Positions 48,082-57,709 of a DNA stretch of 64,000 nt are shown piece after piece. The notes below the pieces were generated by a model. The model was not told the DNA's origin. It searched no databases and saw only the letters and a program-made list of their open reading frames with translations. The position numbers and the translations under genes are program-made. The DNA comes from a virus: IMG/VR virus record IMGVR_UViG_3300022751_000018, positions 1 through 64,000 of that record. One strand, 5' to 3'. How positions within the stretch are numbered: the stretch's first letter is position 1; each line of letters begins with the position of its first letter.

Positions 48082-48837
48082 ATGTCAGAATTAGTAAAAT
48101 CAAATATGGCTTTAGCAGAATGGCACACAGAAGAAAATCTACAGCTTATTAAAAACTCAATGTGCAAAGATCTTAGTGATGATGAGTTCAAGATTTCTAT
48201 GGCGATGGCCTTATCTCGCGGATTAAATCCTCTAGCAAAACAAATCTATTTCTTGAAACTTCAAGGAAGGCTTGCATCTTGCGTTTCTATTGACGGCTTT
48301 AGATCATTGGCAGCAGAAACTGGACTTCACATGGGCACCTCTGATCCTATTTTCGATATGGAATCAGATGGAGTAACTCCAGTTTCTTGTAAAATTGTTG
48401 TTAAGAAATTGGTACAGGGTCAAATTGTAGAGTTCTCTTCTATTCTTTATTACAAAGAATTTGCAAACTCCAATCCTAATTGGGCTAAAATGAAAAGGCA
48501 CATGCTGGCTGTTAGAGCCGAAGGGCACGCTCTTAAAAAAGCATTTCCTGAGAAACTGGCTGGACTTACTGAGCAATCAGAAGCAGAGGATTATTCAAAA
48601 GCACCTAGTGGCAACGCAGTTTTGGACGCTTCTTTTGAAGAAGTTGACAATACTCCCAAGATTAAATCTTTTGAACAGCTTGAGATGGAAGGAAATGCAA
48701 AAGTATTCGATGGTCATGACGCTCTAAAATCATGGTATCACTCCCTTAAAAAAGAAGAAAAAGTGTTAATAACACCCGTTATGCCTTCTATAAAATCAAA
48801 ACTTGCAGTTGATCCGGCTACTGGCGAGTTATTATGA
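48082..48837 (+). CDS. recT: RecT-family single-strand annealing protein
   Basis: LSDDEFKISMAMALSRGLNPLAKQIYFLKLQGRLASCVSIDGFRSLAAETG matches the RecT core (GLNP..K..Y......G......G.R.LA...G). Confidence 0.6.
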   Translation: MSELVKSNMALAEWHTEENLQLIKNSMCKDLSDDEFKISMAMALSRGLNPLAKQIYFLKLQGRLASCVSIDGFRSLAAETGLHMGTSDPIFDMESDGVTPVSCKIVVKKLVQGQIVEFSSILYYKEFANSNPNWAKMKRHMLAVRAEGHALKKAFPEKLAGLTEQSEAEDYSKAPSGNAVLDASFEEVDNTPKIKSFEQLEMEGNAKVFDGHDALKSWYHSLKKEEKVLITPVMPSIKSKLAVDPATGELL

Positions 48838-49085
48838 AAAAACAGATATTAACTTATCTAGGAAATATGATAGCGTCATTTAAAGAGCAGGATAGGCTTG
48901 AATCTTTATGTGTTGCAAATTCATTAAAGACCTTTGTTGAGAAATTAAACGATCCCATAGTTGAAAGTAATTTTTCTTTTTATGAAAAACGAAATATTAT
49001 CAATTCTATTGGGTATGCCGTTCAAGAAGAAATTTTTAATGAAAAAACAGGGTTTCAACTAATTAAAAAGGTTTGCGAATTATGA
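48834..49085 (+). CDS. hypothetical protein
   Basis: 83-aa ORF. Confidence 0.3.
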   Translation: MKKQILTYLGNMIASFKEQDRLESLCVANSLKTFVEKLNDPIVESNFSFYEKRNIINSIGYAVQEEIFNEKTGFQLIKKVCEL

Positions 49086-49894
49086 GAACTGAAAAATTTA
49101 TATCAAAAGATGGATTCGAAATTCAACAGTTTGATAGTGGCGAGTGGGATGTTCGCCTAATCGACTGCAAAAATTTAAACACTGAAGTTATTTGGAACTG
49201 GTTTAAAGAGCCAGATATTATGATTCCTTTGCTTAAGGCAGATTGCATACGTCAAGTATTTGGGCTAGTTGAATTGACTTTGATTTGCAAATATCTTCCT
49301 TATTCAAGGCAGGATAGAGCTTTTAATTTAGGACAAGGAATACCTGCCCAAAGGATTGTTAGAACTTTGTTTAATCAGTTTGAATCAATAGAAACAATGT
49401 GCCTTCATAACTTTCCAATTCCTCATGATGGCGACGAAAGAATTTACAATGAATTTATTGAAATTAATAATAACAAAATAATTGTTTTTCCTGATAAAAA
49501 TGCCCCAAGACATTTTAATGTTAATGACTCAGTTCCTCATATAATGCTTGAGAAAATTAGGTCAGAAAATGGTATAAAATCTGAAATAACTTGCGAAAGT
49601 CTTCCTGATGGTGTTTCTGAGTTTGATATAAATGAATCATTTTTAATATGTGATGATATATGCGATGGGGGAAGATCCTTTGTAGAATGCTCTGAAAAAT
49701 TAAAAGAAAGATTCGGTCATGATATTAAAATAGAACTTTTAGTAGCGCATGGATTTTTATCCCGTGGTTTAGAGACATTAAAAGCAAGCGGTATATCAAA
49801 GATATATATAGCCAATTATGACTCTTACGAATATTTACGAGATAAATTCAATGATGATTATATTGAATTTCTTGGCCTCCAAATGCCATTTTAA
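49073..49894 (+). CDS. ribose-phosphate pyrophosphokinase (Prs)-like enzyme; candidate ADPR-PP synthetase (Adps) of NARP1
   Basis: LPYSRQDRAF (Prs N-domain motif). PRPP-binding loop FLICDDICDGGRSF. Shorter (273 aa) than housekeeping Prs. Directly upstream of the NAMPT-like gene. Confidence 0.55.
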   Translation: MRIMRTEKFISKDGFEIQQFDSGEWDVRLIDCKNLNTEVIWNWFKEPDIMIPLLKADCIRQVFGLVELTLICKYLPYSRQDRAFNLGQGIPAQRIVRTLFNQFESIETMCLHNFPIPHDGDERIYNEFIEINNNKIIVFPDKNAPRHFNVNDSVPHIMLEKIRSENGIKSEITCESLPDGVSEFDINESFLICDDICDGGRSFVECSEKLKERFGHDIKIELLVAHGFLSRGLETLKASGISKIYIANYDSYEYLRDKFNDDYIEFLGLQMPF

Positions 49895-49907
49895 TTAAGG
49901 AATAAAA

Positions 49908-50141
49908 ATGTGTACTGAACTTTTCGAAATTGGGCAATCAGAAATAAAAATTAAAAATGGATTTCTTGTTCAAGGAGATTTTAGTGCAATAAAAATACAA
50001 GAAATAATAAGTATATATAAGACTGGGTTAGAATATTTGCATATAAATATCAAAGGGATTGATTATTGCCATCCACATAGATTTTTTTCGGAAAATGAAC
50101 GAAATTTAATATTTAATAAAATTATTGAGAATAAGGAATAA
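49908..50141 (+). CDS. hypothetical small protein
   Basis: 77-aa ORF. Confidence 0.3.
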   Translation: MCTELFEIGQSEIKIKNGFLVQGDFSAIKIQEIISIYKTGLEYLHINIKGIDYCHPHRFFSENERNLIFNKIIENKE

Positions 50142-50143
50142 AA

Positions 50144-51820
50144 ATGAACCCACTATTATTAACTGACGCCTATAAAACAGGCCATCATAAACAATATCCT
50201 GAAGGCACTACGTTGGTTTATTCCAATTTTACGCCACGCAGCAATAAGTACGCGCCTAAAGGATACGATCATGTCGTTTCTTTTGGTATGCAGGCAGTGT
50301 TTAAATTCATAGATCAAATATTCGTTAATGACTTTTTCAAAAAACCAAAAGAAGAAGTTTGTGGCGAAATGAAGCGTGAACTGTCGCTTTACCTAAATAC
50401 TGACTACGATGTTTCTCATTTTGAAGCGCTTCATGATCTTGGCTATCTTCCTATTTGTGTTAAGACAATTGAAGAGGGTTCCTTGGTTCCCATGAAGGTT
50501 CCTGTATTAACGATTTATAATACGCATCCTGATTTTTTCTGGGTGACAAACTACTTAGAAACTTTAATAAGCAATTTACTTTGGAAGCCTTTGACCTCAG
50601 CAACAATCGCCTTTCAGTACAAAAAGCTATTAACTGAATGGGCTTTAAAAACTGACAAAGAGAATGTAGATTTTGTTGATTTTCAGGCTCATGATTTTTC
50701 TATGAGAGGATTAAGTGGAATTGACTGTGCGGTTTTCTCTGGTCTAGGCCATTTAACATCTTTCAAAGGAACGGATAGCTTGCCTGCTATTTGGGGTGCT
50801 AGGCAGTTTTATGGAATGATAGGTTCAAAAGAAGATCCATTTATCGCTGGCAGCGTTAATGCAACCGAGCATAGCGTAATGTGTGCGGGCGGCAAAGAAG
50901 ATGAGCTTGAAACTTTTAGACGTTTGCTCTCAACTTACCCAACGGGAATACTATCAATCGTATCTGACACGTGGGATTTGTGGAAAGTGCTCACTGAGTA
51001 TCTTCCTATCTTACGTAATGAGATTATGGCACGCGACGGTAAGATTGTGATTCGTCCTGATAGTGGCAAACCAACGGATATTATTTGTGGCGATTCAGTA
51101 TTGAAATATGAAAATCTTAAAAAAGCAAAAGACAAATTTGAGCAGAATATTCATGATATGCAGGAGCATGGCGAACAGGGTGACGATGAATATGATTGCA
51201 TATCTAAAATTGGGGACAAGTTTTATAAATTGAATGCTGAGATTGAATGGAATCGTTACGATAAACAATATTATCATATTGAAGGAATTCGCATTTCTGA
51301 AGAAGAATATTATTTGAACAACAAAGAAAAAGGTGTCATAGAGCTACTGTGGGACATATTCGGAGGAACAGTAAATTCACAAGGCTATAAGGTTCTTGAT
51401 CCACACATTGGAGCTATCTACGGTGATTCTATTACGCTTGAAGTAGCCGAAGATATTTGTCAACGCTTACAAGCGAAAGGTTTCGCGTCAACGAATATTA
51501 TTTTTGGAATAGGTTCATTCACATATCAGATGAATACCCGAGATACCTTTGGCTTTGCCATGAAATCAACTTATGTCGAAATAAACGGCCAAGGTCATAA
51601 TATTTTCAAAGATCCTATTACGGATGATGGCATGAAGAAGAGCGCCACTGGGTTATTAGGTGTTGGAATTTTGCCAGAAAATAAAGAATTTATACTTGTT
51701 AATGGATGCTCCTGGGAAGTTGAAAAAACAGGATCATTACAGGAAATCTACAGAGACGGTAATTTTAGCAATCAGACTAATTTAGAAAATATTAGAAAAA
51801 AACTTAAGGAACGGTTATGA
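50144..51820 (+). CDS. nadV: nicotinamide phosphoribosyltransferase family (NadV/NAMPT-like); candidate Namat of NARP1
   Basis: N-terminal NPLLLTDAYKTGHHKQYPEGTTLVYSNFTPRS matches the NadV signature (DxYKxxH..YP....YS.FTPRS). Length 558 aa. Confidence 0.8.
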   Translation: MNPLLLTDAYKTGHHKQYPEGTTLVYSNFTPRSNKYAPKGYDHVVSFGMQAVFKFIDQIFVNDFFKKPKEEVCGEMKRELSLYLNTDYDVSHFEALHDLGYLPICVKTIEEGSLVPMKVPVLTIYNTHPDFFWVTNYLETLISNLLWKPLTSATIAFQYKKLLTEWALKTDKENVDFVDFQAHDFSMRGLSGIDCAVFSGLGHLTSFKGTDSLPAIWGARQFYGMIGSKEDPFIAGSVNATEHSVMCAGGKEDELETFRRLLSTYPTGILSIVSDTWDLWKVLTEYLPILRNEIMARDGKIVIRPDSGKPTDIICGDSVLKYENLKKAKDKFEQNIHDMQEHGEQGDDEYDCISKIGDKFYKLNAEIEWNRYDKQYYHIEGIRISEEEYYLNNKEKGVIELLWDIFGGTVNSQGYKVLDPHIGAIYGDSITLEVAEDICQRLQAKGFASTNIIFGIGSFTYQMNTRDTFGFAMKSTYVEINGQGHNIFKDPITDDGMKKSATGLLGVGILPENKEFILVNGCSWEVEKTGSLQEIYRDGNFSNQTNLENIRKKLKERL

Positions 51821-52197
51821 AATTTGAAGAGATACTGCCTTTATTGAAAAAAGGTAATAAAGCGTATTGCGAGGGACGAATGGTCGGATGTTATTTATCA
51901 ATAAATTCAGACAATCTTTTATGTTGGTCTTGTATAGCAGTTAAAGCAGTCACCCATTGGTTCGAAGGATCAAATATGTGTCTTAGAGATGACTGGGGAA
52001 TTTATGAAGAAGAAGCCAAAGATAATAAAGAAAAAAGACTAATTGATTTTTCTGTAAGCTGGCACTCAACCATTGACTATATGGACAGAAACGAAAAAGA
52101 CTTTATCGCCGATGGATGGGAAACTTTTAAAAAAGAATCTCTTGAGCACGGAGATGGACTTATGTGTCACAAATTAATGATGGTAAAATATGAGTAA
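51817..52197 (+). CDS. DUF2829-like small protein with C-terminal DGWETF..LMMVKYE
   Basis: MKFEEILPLLKKGNKAYCEGRM N-terminus. C-terminal motif shared with 14108, 15893 and 52190. Confidence 0.35.
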   Translation: MKFEEILPLLKKGNKAYCEGRMVGCYLSINSDNLLCWSCIAVKAVTHWFEGSNMCLRDDWGIYEEEAKDNKEKRLIDFSVSWHSTIDYMDRNEKDFIADGWETFKKESLEHGDGLMCHKLMMVKYE

Positions 52198-52399
52198 AAT
52201 ATTAGCCGTTAAATTAATTTGCGCTCTTAGTTTTAATGACCTTGACATTAAAGAAAACGAATTGTTATTAAAAGAGTATCAGCCCTATGAAAACGTATTC
52301 GAAAAAACTGGAGATGAAAATTCATCGGCAAATGGCATTGATCTGTTTTCGAGAATTTATAAATGCCAAAGAATGGTGAAATATGACCAATATAAATAG
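52190..52399 (+). CDS. small protein ending CQRMVKYDQYK (same motif family)
   Basis: 69-aa ORF. Start overlaps the upstream stop. Confidence 0.3.
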   Translation: MSKILAVKLICALSFNDLDIKENELLLKEYQPYENVFEKTGDENSSANGIDLFSRIYKCQRMVKYDQYK

Positions 52400-52407
52400 G
52401 ATTAATA

Positions 52408-52665
52408 ATGGCAGACTTTGAATGGGTAATGTTTGATCAAGAAGACATAGAAACCTGGCCTGATTATGAAGTTCCGGTTATTATTGAAATAACAGATTTT
52501 GATAGTTTTTGTTATTTTGTAGCATGTTTAGAGCATGATTCACATAGTTCTGTAGATTATTTTTGCAAGAACTGTAATTGTGGTTATCAACCAAATAACT
52601 TAAGTGATAATAGGTTTCACGTTGATTTAAAATATGTAATAAGGTGGAAGTATGTCGGACTTTGA
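52408..52665 (+). CDS. hypothetical Cys-rich small protein
   Basis: 85-aa ORF. Confidence 0.3.
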   Translation: MADFEWVMFDQEDIETWPDYEVPVIIEITDFDSFCYFVACLEHDSHSSVDYFCKNCNCGYQPNNLSDNRFHVDLKYVIRWKYVGL

Positions 52666-53263
52666 AATAGCACTTAAAAAAACCCTTCACAACGAAGGTT
52701 TAGATAAGTACACAGAAACTAAAGATGACAGAGGCGGAGCAACAAAGTACGGAATCTCATTATCATTCTTAAAATTATGTTTTGAAAAAGATAAAGATAA
52801 GCTCTTAAGAGCGCTGGGTACTTTTTTTAATGAGCCAAGCAAGAATATTATATCAGGATTAACGCTGGATCAGGCTAAATCTATGTACAGAGAGTACTTC
52901 TGGTCAGCAAACCGATATGGTGAGATTAACGATCAATGGATGGCGGAAAAATTATTCGATCTTTCTGTTTTATTTGGACAGCACCCGGTTAATATTAGAA
53001 TACAGAGAGCAATAAATAAAATTTTGAAATTTGAAGATTCTATGGATTATATAGATTATGACAAATTTAGACTAAACCACGATGGAATAATTGGCCAAAA
53101 AACCATTTCTTTGATTAATGAAGAATCGAATCTTAATTTTAGAAACGAGGCGAGAATGATTGTATTCAAGAAATATATGACAACTTATTGCCTAGATATA
53201 TGCAACGAAGACAAAAAACAAAATGGAAGCTTAAAGGGTTGGTTAAATAGGGTGATGTCGTGA
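52652..53263 (+). CDS. GH108-family lysozyme (N-acetylmuramidase-like), probable endolysin
   Basis: N-terminal LHNEGLDKYTETKDDRGGATKYGIS matches the GH108 EGGY..D..D.GG.T.YGI signature. Confidence 0.55.
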   Translation: MSDFEIALKKTLHNEGLDKYTETKDDRGGATKYGISLSFLKLCFEKDKDKLLRALGTFFNEPSKNIISGLTLDQAKSMYREYFWSANRYGEINDQWMAEKLFDLSVLFGQHPVNIRIQRAINKILKFEDSMDYIDYDKFRLNHDGIIGQKTISLINEESNLNFRNEARMIVFKKYMTTYCLDICNEDKKQNGSLKGWLNRVMS

Positions 53264-53716
53264 CCCCAGTTGTAAAATATATAAAATCAAGAGATTGTGA
53301 TGTTCCATTTGAAACATGGAGGCGTGTAGACTTAGATTGTATTTTACATGATGGATGGCTAGCTGGTGGAATGTGCCTTGATACAGGAAAATATGTCTTA
53401 CATGATAAAGTTAATTGCATAAAGTATGGTATGGACGAGGTGGATATTTATGGTTTTTGTAATGAATAGGGTGATGTCGTAATGTCAGCAGAATTCGATT
53501 GCTTTGATAGCTGTGTTAGAGACGCATTGAAAAAAATAAATGAACTTGATATTGATAAAGACATAAAATCAATGTTGACTAGTTATCTAAAAATATTAGA
53601 TTTAACTGAATTTGATATTTATGATTCTTGGGAGTTTTCTTATGGTGAATTTCTTTTAGACCAAGCCGAGAGATTTGTTAAGATAGAAAATTCGCATAAA
53701 AATAGGGTGGTTAAAA

Positions 53717-54052
53717 ATGTTTAAATGGAAAGAAGGACGACAAAAGACTGGCTATCGCATCATGAAGCTGTTCGCCATTAAATGGCCAATAGCCGTAGAT
53801 TCTTACTTAATACATTACCCCATGGGATCTTATATTAATGAGCATAGTGATGATGTAGATGGTTATAATCACTACAGATGCAATATAACCCTTAAACGAG
53901 CAAAGAAGGGAGGTGGGTTTGGATGCCTTGGGTCTATTTTTAAAAGCAAATATCTTAATATCTTCAGATCTGATTTATCCCACAAAGTCTATGAAATAAC
54001 AGAAGGATCACGATGGGTATTATCTTTTGGTTATTGTAAGAAGTTAAAATGA
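53717..54052 (+). CDS. hypothetical protein with HxD...H (possible 2OG-Fe(II) oxygenase-like) motif
   Basis: IHYPMGSYINEHSDDVDGYNHY. Confidence 0.2.
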   Translation: MFKWKEGRQKTGYRIMKLFAIKWPIAVDSYLIHYPMGSYINEHSDDVDGYNHYRCNITLKRAKKGGGFGCLGSIFKSKYLNIFRSDLSHKVYEITEGSRWVLSFGYCKKLK

Positions 54053-54741
54053 GTGAATTTAAGAGAATACCTGGGTTTTCAAATTATGCCATTAATGAAA
54101 ATGGTAGGGTTTACGATTTGATTCAAAAAGAAACTGTTAAGCAATTTATTTTAAAAAAGAAAGATTCTGCAAGATCAGAAAAAGAAAACAGCCACAGAAG
54201 ATGCAAGATTAACGGAAAAAATCAAATGGTGACTATTTTACAGATAGTAACTTATTTTCAGGGAGATATTCATAAAAATATAAGCTACGAGTATATAGAC
54301 GGTGATTTCACCAACCTAAATATTAAAAATATTCGGTGGTGGTATAGAAGAAAGTATGTTGGTAAAGTACCATTAAGCTATGAGAAATTTTTAACCAAAA
54401 TTCAAAGAAATAGCGAGGGAGCATTGATTGAAACCATAGATGAGTCGTCAATTTTTAGTCATGGAGATATTGCAGTTAATAATGACGACAAGCCAACAAA
54501 GAGAAAAAGAATAAAGAGAATTACTTTTTTTGATTGGATTTATCTTCAGAGAAAACGGGACGATCCTATTGGTGAGTTTTCACTTCGCGTCATTAATGAC
54601 CCTAGATTTCCACAGAAAACAAACGATAAGAAAGAGATAACCAATCATTTGACAAAAAATGGTGCTTGCATTAATTCTTTTATGGCCTTCAAGAGGGCTT
54701 TTTCAGAATATAGAAAGCATATTGATATGCAAAGAAAATAA
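54049..54741 (+). CDS. NUMOD4 / HNH_3-type homing endonuclease
   Basis: IPGFSNYAINENGRVYD and YIDGDFTNLNIKNIRW. Confidence 0.55.
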   Translation: MSEFKRIPGFSNYAINENGRVYDLIQKETVKQFILKKKDSARSEKENSHRRCKINGKNQMVTILQIVTYFQGDIHKNISYEYIDGDFTNLNIKNIRWWYRRKYVGKVPLSYEKFLTKIQRNSEGALIETIDESSIFSHGDIAVNNDDKPTKRKRIKRITFFDWIYLQRKRDDPIGEFSLRVINDPRFPQKTNDKKEITNHLTKNGACINSFMAFKRAFSEYRKHIDMQRK

Positions 54742-54890
54742 AGGTATATCTATCTTTAATGAATGTGAGATATGATCCATGTCATACGTGAGACATGTCT
54801 CATTGTTTGTTTAAATAGCTTGATTTATAATAATTTATGATAAAAACCTGGTATTATAGAATGCCAATAAAGGGAGTTTTTCGGTGAACC

Positions 54891-55157
54891 ATGAAAAAGA
54901 CAGAATTCACCTCTTCGGAGGAATCAAAAATTAAAACTAGAATGCAGTCTACGATGACCTTTGTTATTACATTGGTTATGTTTTATGTGGTGTATTTGTT
55001 AGCACATAATCATATACCAGAAGAAAACAAAGACATATTCTATACTGCTACTGGGGTTATTCTTTCAACGTTCAGGGATGCTTTCAATTACTACTTTTCG
55101 AGCAACTTCTCGTCTGCTCGAAAAGATGAATTGCTTTTAAATAAAAAACCAGAGTAG
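54891..55157 (+). CDS. small membrane protein (holin-like candidate)
   Basis: 88 aa with one hydrophobic helix (MTFVITLVMFYVVYLLA). Confidence 0.3.
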   Translation: MKKTEFTSSEESKIKTRMQSTMTFVITLVMFYVVYLLAHNHIPEENKDIFYTATGVILSTFRDAFNYYFSSNFSSARKDELLLNKKPE

Positions 55158-55257
55158 CTTATGCTTAAGTTTATTATTCAATCGATTGTAAGCACTGTAG
55201 TAAATTCAATAATAAAGTGCTCATTTAAAAATAAAGCGCCTGTAGAAGATGCAAAAC

Positions 55258-55617
55258 CTATTTACGAAAAGAGCCCACGTCCGTAACAAAGCAAGCGTCT
55301 CCTCCCATTTCATTTATTTTATCGAGCACGGCTTTCTGCCCTTTCTCATGCTCAGTACCTTTATACTTCCAATTGCCGTGCTTTACTTCACGAGCCACCA
55401 ACTGAAGCATAGTTTTCCCGACCATATCTTGAGTAATAATTATTGACCTTCCGCCTAATAAATCAGGTGATTTTTCGCCCCATCCAAACTTAACATATCG
55501 ACCCTTGGGATTGAGCATTGCACCAGAATTAACTCGCTCAAGCATGATCCCCATCATATTAGCCTCTTGCTTTACCAGCTTTAAAACTTGAGCCTCAGAA
55601 ACTTTTAATTTCGCCAT
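55258..55617 (-). CDS. VRR-NUC domain nuclease
   Basis: SPDLLGG...LVAREVKHG...KGQKAVLDKINEMGGDACFV fits the PD...(E)VK...QK...GG pattern of VRR-NUC. Confidence 0.55.
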   Translation of the reverse strand: MAKLKVSEAQVLKLVKQEANMMGIMLERVNSGAMLNPKGRYVKFGWGEKSPDLLGGRSIIITQDMVGKTMLQLVAREVKHGNWKYKGTEHEKGQKAVLDKINEMGGDACFVTDVGSFRK

Positions 55618-55678
55618 CTAACTTTCCTCTAAAATTTATGCTATAACATATCACAAATTTAAACATAACGGAAAAATC

Positions 55679-55930
55679 ATGAATAAAGAAATTTTAGATC
55701 AGTACTATAAAACACTTAAAAAATTTGAAAAACACATATCCTCATTGCTTGATAAAATAGAGCCAGAAGATCATGTAAGCAGGATGTATATTCTAAATGA
55801 TCTTTACTTCTTTTCAGATTCATTAAAGAAAAACGTTTTAGAGCAGTTAGAGCAGCTTAACATCGATCTGTATAAGGAAATTTCAGCCCCAAAGAATGAG
55901 GCTGAATGTACAAAGACTAGTAGCGAATAA
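55679..55930 (+). CDS. hypothetical protein
   Basis: 83-aa ORF, the last gene of the plus-strand block. Confidence 0.3.
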   Translation: MNKEILDQYYKTLKKFEKHISSLLDKIEPEDHVSRMYILNDLYFFSDSLKKNVLEQLEQLNIDLYKEISAPKNEAECTKTSSE

Positions 55931-56987
55931 AAGATCTAACCATTACGCCAGGGGGAACGGTAGGAATAGGATCGTTAGTTGTTCCGCCTGTGATTCCTCC
56001 GGTAACTGGATCATAAGAAAGCCTTGCTCCTCCAGTAGAATATTCAACTGTTCCCGATAAATTTGATCCGATAAAGGTCCCTGAGCCTGCATAGGGGTTA
56101 TGAGTATGCTCAGGCAAGTTATCTTTAACTATTTGATAAGTAGCCGCGCCTAATGTTTGACCTACTCTATTGTAAGTATTTCCATCATAGGTAATACCTG
56201 TGCCACCTGCAAAAGCCAAATAATGTTCAGATTTCTTTGGAATATTGAATGTTGTTGATCCATCTCCATTGCCCCAGGTAAAGAATCTAATATTGATATC
56301 GGTTGCAGTAGCAGTCGCAGCGATAGATATCTGAACACTGGTATCGTTAGGAACGGCAATGACGGTTGATCCCGCTGTAATTCCAGCAGCCTCAACTTTT
56401 GAACCAATTTTTATTCGTAAAGCATTGGTCAGCCCTGTAATCATATCGCTCGTGTTTGCTGTGTCTCCCACTTTAACGGGGCAAATAACATTATACAAAG
56501 CGCCATAAGTTGTACGGCTGATAGCACTTCCATCTTCTTCGAACCATCGACCAACTGGATTTTCAATGCTATTCCATATCATGGAGCTTCCGACTAAAGA
56601 AGATTCAGCTCCAATCACCCACGTGTCATCCGTGCCTGGAGTGGCGACATTTCCCGCCACAGTATTTCTATAAATCTGAGCATTGTAATAAACGATAGCA
56701 TTAATAGGATAAGCCAATGCAACGCCTAAATTATCGGCAGCGGCAGTCCATAAAGTTAAGCCATATTGCATCCAAGATTGTTGGTTTTGAGTCATCGTTA
56801 ACATAAGCTGATTAAATTGGCCGCGAGGAAAAGGAAGTGCTGACGGATTTACTCGCAACTTCAACTGATAACGCGGGCCAAAACCTTGCTGATAGCTAAC
56901 CGAGCCATCGTCTACTGTTTCAAAGGGGATGTCGGCTAAATCGTCAGCATCTTGGCCAAAAGGAATCGGGATATAGGTTTGTGTCAT
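55917..56987 (-). CDS. tail fibre / baseplate-distal protein
   Basis: 356 aa, Gly/Thr/Asn-rich, the last gene of the baseplate operon. Confidence 0.45.
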   Translation of the reverse strand: MTQTYIPIPFGQDADDLADIPFETVDDGSVSYQQGFGPRYQLKLRVNPSALPFPRGQFNQLMLTMTQNQQSWMQYGLTLWTAAADNLGVALAYPINAIVYYNAQIYRNTVAGNVATPGTDDTWVIGAESSLVGSSMIWNSIENPVGRWFEEDGSAISRTTYGALYNVICPVKVGDTANTSDMITGLTNALRIKIGSKVEAAGITAGSTVIAVPNDTSVQISIAATATATDINIRFFTWGNGDGSTTFNIPKKSEHYLAFAGGTGITYDGNTYNRVGQTLGAATYQIVKDNLPEHTHNPYAGSGTFIGSNLSGTVEYSTGGARLSYDPVTGGITGGTTNDPIPTVPPGVMVRSFIRY

Positions 56988-57001
56988 TTTATTTTCTCCT
57001 G

Positions 57002-57709
57002 TTAATCTTCGTCTGGGGCAAAGTTGCCATTGTTAAAGTTCTGGTTATCTTCGCCAAAGCCGAAGAATGAATCTGTTTCTAGGTAGTAATCAATCAATAC
57101 TCCTGTTGGGCGTGGAAAGGCATCATTGTCTTTAATGGCCTGTAGTAGACTTTCCGAAAATGTCGGGAATGAAAAAACATACGTCATCGACATGTCAAGC
57201 CCATCAAGTGCATAGATTTTACCGCTGTAGCCAATATCGGATGTTGATACTAGGTAATCTAAAAATTCATTCACGCCTGTAACGGCTGCCCGAGTAGAGT
57301 ATTTAAAAAATATCAATCTTAGAAAAAACCGCTGTTCTTCTGTGGTTAAGACAATAGCGGGCTCTTCATGCGCAAAGTTTCCTTGCTCAAAATTCTGATT
57401 TGAGTTATCCATTTCAGTCGTTGACTCGCCGACAAACGCATTAAATCCAAATACCTCAACATTCTCAGGGTTAACATCCGCGACATAATAAGGCACGTCT
57501 AATATTTTTGACCAAACAGATAGTCCGAAATTATCCGCTGTTAATAGATTGAAAGTATCATCAAACCAGTCTTTCCAAAATTTAGATTGATTAATCGAAT
57601 ACCATGCTTGTTTTTTTTGAATAAGTCCGACGATATGGGTTGATTTATTATACTGCCAAACAAGCGCTTGTAATAAATCAACGACATAATCAAACTGCTG
57701 TATTCTCAT
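57002..57709 (-). CDS. baseplate protein (P2 gpI-like)
   Basis: 235 aa. Follows the gpJ-like gene, and its start overlaps that gene. Confidence 0.4.
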   Translation of the reverse strand: MRIQQFDYVVDLLQALVWQYNKSTHIVGLIQKKQAWYSINQSKFWKDWFDDTFNLLTADNFGLSVWSKILDVPYYVADVNPENVEVFGFNAFVGESTTEMDNSNQNFEQGNFAHEEPAIVLTTEEQRFFLRLIFFKYSTRAAVTGVNEFLDYLVSTSDIGYSGKIYALDGLDMSMTYVFSFPTFSESLLQAIKDNDAFPRPTGVLIDYYLETDSFFGFGEDNQNFNNGNFAPDED

